In this document: positions 61,609 to 64,000 of the stretch, one piece after another
Position numbering within the stretch: the first letter of the stretch is position 1
How the letters are laid out: each line of letters opens with the position of its first letter
Assembly: GCF_009914755.1 (NCBI RefSeq)
Contig: NC_060934.1
Strand: one strand, 5' to 3'
Length of the DNA: 64,000 bases
Source: the human T2T-CHM13v2.0 reference genome, Homo sapiens
The notes under the pieces: model-generated
Told to the model about the DNA's origin: nothing
Databases searched by the model: none
Seen by the model: only the letters and a program-made list of their open reading frames with translations
Program-made: the position numbers and the translations under genes

Positions 61609-62600
61609 TGATATGGTCTGTGTAAGAGTTGAAGAAGGAAGAAAGAAGCACAAAAAGTGGCTCAACAGTCAAAGACAGGTTTATGTTAAAGAATAAACCT
61701 GAGAGGGGCTTCTGGCCGAATTAGGTCAGGAGCACTCTCTCTTACAGACTAAGAGTTTTTAAGAGGTCAGGTCAAGAGAGCGCATCACAGGCTGGGAATG
61801 TTTCTGTGTCTCTTTGTCTTGCTTATCTGGGAGAGAGAGTTTTGTGTCTGTTCCCATACATCTTCCTGCAGGTACAGGCATACCCACTGAGTCTGCTTTT
61901 AGCTTTCCTAGCTCAGTGCACCTAAAGGAAAAGGAATGTGCTTATTAGGGCCCACTGTTTTACTGGGGCCCATTGTATGAGTGTGAAGTTTGGTGGTTAC
62001 CCAAGAGACTTTCCCCCACTCCTTCTGGGCCCGAGCTGTCTTATCTGTGTTTTGCTATCTGCCCTTTCTGGCTTTTTCTTGTTAGAAGAGAAGTGATTTC
62101 CTTGAAACGCATGAGGGTAGAAAGGGAGCTAGAACTTAAAATGGCAGTGTTTTTCCAAGAAGACAGTGCTCCTGCTCTGTCAGTTTGGATCTGCATCCCC
62201 ACCAAATCTCATGTTGAATTGTAATCCCCAGGGTTGGAGGTGGGGCCTGGTAGGAGGTGACTGTACCATAGGGGCAGATTTCCCATGAATGCCTTAGCAC
62301 CATCCCCCTCGATACTGTCCTCATGATAGTCAGCGAGTTCTTGTGAGATCTAGTTGTTTAAAAGTGTGTGGTACCCACCCCCATCCCCTGCTCCTGCTCC
62401 GGCCATTTAAGACGCATCTGCTCCCCCTTTGCCTTCCACCCTGATTGGAAGCTTCCCAAGGCCTCCCCAGAAGCCGAGCAGATGCCAGCATCATGCTTCC
62501 TGTACAGCCTGCAGAACCATGAGCCAATTAAACCTGTTTTACTCATAAATTACCCAGTCTCAGGTATTTCTTTATAGTGATGCAAGAACAGACAAATACA
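61609..62600 (+). mobile_element. MSTA-like LTR split after 12 bp by an antisense ERV1 LTR (MER61-like, 61621-62182)
   Basis: TGATATGGTCTG|insert|GTTTGGATCTG... reconstitutes the MST start. Outer flanks GTGGA/GGGGA. Confidence 0.8.
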
Positions 62601-63006
62601 GGGGATAAAACACTAGAAAGAATGGGGATGAATGGAAAATGGAGATCTATGACGAAGAAAAATAAAGTGTGTGGTGGTTACAGTTGAAAATAAAAAAAGA
62701 AAATGGGTGTAATGTTTGGAGGGGAGGCGTGCAGTGGAGGTGAAGGTGGAAAGGTGGGCTACGGGGCCATTTCAAGGCAGGATTATAAGGTGGGCACCTG
62801 AGACAATCAGCCAATGACTGCCATTAGAGGGGCTGTAACAGCTCTTGCCTTCAAGAAAGATGGGATTCAAAAGATGGCTTAAATAAATACAAAAATATAT
62901 AAAATAAAGTAGACTATTAAACATAATAAGAGAAGTTCAAATAAATCATGGTGGGATCACACAAAAAGGACGTCATGGCATTCAACATTCTGTCCCTTAT
63001 CTCTGA

Positions 63007-63339
<333 letters not shown>

Positions 63340-64000
63340 TTGGGGGTTCTTTAGTAGAAAGTTACCATGTAAATATATTAAATTACTAAACATCTTCAGC
63401 AATCAAAAGAAAATCATGTTATGTTTGATAGCAGAAACTTACCCTGATTTAGGGTCTATTTATAATATTAAATTTATACATTTAGAAACACTTTATCTCA
63501 TTTTTTTTTTTTGCCTCAAAATCTCTGTTGGTTAAGTAAAGTATGATCTTTATTTTGCAAATGACTGGCCTAATATTATACCTCTTTAAGTGACAAAGCC
63601 ATTTTCTACTTCTCTTTTTTTCAGTCTTGTGTGTTTTTCTAGATCATTGTTGGCATGCTAAAATCTGGTATTTTCTAGGATGAATCAGTAGCTTTTTTTT
63701 ATTGTAAAGAGTAGAAACTCTGGCCCTATTTTAACTAATCTTTTCAGTGGTAGGAGGATGAAACAGAAATAAAATATATTGAGGATGGTAAGTAAGAATT
63801 ATAAGGAATTGGCATTTGGCACTGGTCGTTTCTAAGGAGATTAAAAAGGCATAAACATTAACGAAATGTGATGAACTATTCAGCTCCTAGCATCGTAAAT
63901 GCTAAATAAATGTTTGTTGAAATAATGAAAGAACGGATGGATGAACTGTAAAAACACAGAAATGAATATAATGATATCTAAAATTATTGAGTATTTACCA

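Overview
Primate genomic DNA, most probably human: Alu, MIR, L1, L2, LTR and MER repeats plus one CpG island. The only protein-coding content I can support is the 5' end of a minus-strand gene. Exon 1 (ATG 25592 to 25532) and exon 2 (23280 to 23197) splice to MEFSERKRSRKSQSFKLVSR/DYHHEVYKIPEFSNDVNGEAKETQPIFL(G), which I recognise from memory as the N-terminus of BEND7. Positions 1-23196 are its large intron 2, about 25190-26450 is the CpG-island promoter, and the rest is repeat-dense upstream sequence. The other ORFs in the track look spurious (Alu-derived, or stop-poor GC-rich frames). I found no evidence of a novel multi-gene system. The best leads are: (i) a candidate 24-nt frame-preserving microexon encoding a CxxC motif, and a candidate poison exon, both in intron 2; (ii) a uORF and CCG/GGC tracts near the start; (iii) a tailless U6 retrocopy and an Alu-interrupted Y1 retrocopy; (iv) five separate templated-insertion or template-switch scars, one preserving the empty site of a THE1 LTR. 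Repeat subfamily names are from memory of consensus sequences, and repeat boundaries are approximate.
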